The notes under the pieces are model-generated. The model was not told where the DNA came from. It did no database searches and saw only the letters and a list, made by a program, of their open reading frames with translations. The translations under genes and the position numbers were made by a program. A DNA stretch of 64,000 nucleotides from an uncultured Methanoregulaceae archaeon. Its GTDB lineage: Archaea; Halobacteriota; Methanomicrobia; Methanomicrobiales; Methanospirillaceae. Positions 63,584 through 64,000 of the stretch are shown here, piece after piece. Location of the stretch: NCBI GenBank assembly GCA_963701095.1, contig OY969564.1, positions 1,824,001-1,888,000 on the forward strand, read 5' to 3'. How positions within the stretch are numbered: the first letter of the stretch is position 1; every line of letters starts with the position of its first letter.

Positions 63584-64000
63584 ATGACACCGGAACCTAC
63601 GACTACCTCGCCGGCACCTTCGGTACCTTCTGCCCTGAGGTTTTCAAAAACCGGATCTTCGCGATTAAGACGACATCCAAGCAGGAGCGGACCGTTGCGG
63701 ACAATATTTTAAAGGCAATAGAGACAAAGGCGACCGATATAAAAGTCACCGCTATTATTGTCCCAAACGAACTTCAGGGCTATGTGCTCGTTGAGACGCC
63801 CGAGCAGCGAAACAGGATCGAACAACTTGTCGAGATGATTGCCCATGCCCGAGCGGTTGCAAAAGGACAGACGACGCTTGCAGAAGTCGGTCATTTCCTT
63901 ATACCTAAGCCGGTTGTCTCAGGTATTGATGAAGGAACTATCGTTGAACTTATTGCAGGACCATTCAAGGGTGAAAAAGCCGTGGTCAAGCGAGTTGACT
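63584..64000 (+). CDS. spt5: Transcription elongation factor Spt5 (partial; -1 frameshift within ~63600-63650)
   Basis: Shifted frame reads IFAIKTTSKQE, LQGYVLVE, IAGPFKGEKAVV (KOW). Confidence 0.93.

Noticed and set aside
1303..64000. Mass pseudogenisation or programmed frameshifting of atpI/E/C, infB, rps6e, ftsZ, spt5 and others
   Set aside because: The genes are essential and otherwise intact; one base restores each frame; no consistent slippery-site or stimulator pattern
1..64000. CRISPR arrays, IS elements, rRNA, prophage or defence islands
   Set aside because: No spaced repeats or corresponding genes seen; the window is densely packed with core genes

Overview
A 64-kb core-genome window from a methanogenic archaeon, most likely Methanomicrobiales (Methanoregula-like; inferred from gene content). 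It carries the full A1Ao ATP synthase operon (H-I-K-E-C-F-A-B-D) followed by pgk; translation and RNA genes (rlmH, class II lysS, ileS, aIF5B, rps6e, rps8e, srp19, gar1, thg1, dtdA, rio2, tRNA-Ala x2, tRNA-His, tRNA-Lys); TFB; ftsZ-secE-spt5; methanopterin genes (DUF98-MptG fusion, MptE); nadE, thiL, hypB, an NrpR-domain protein, redox proteins, two signalling proteins and an ABC exporter with a PrsW-protease fusion. I found no CRISPR array, IS element, integrase, prophage or intein. About 18 single-base frameshifts in 15 genes, many essential, are best read as assembly errors. They are not randomly placed: the insertions sit at AGCT/GTAC sites, suggesting a DNA-methylation footprint in long-read data. 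Best leads: structured leaders of rps6e and rps8e, a DtdA carrying an RNase Z-like tRNA-binding arm, a degenerate (Ctu2-like) TtuA paralogue, a K+ channel homologue lacking GYG, the ABC-PrsW system, an orphan MazF and the RCK-DHH/mptE/radical SAM cluster. None is proven novel without database searches. All family assignments come from motif recognition, not from searches.
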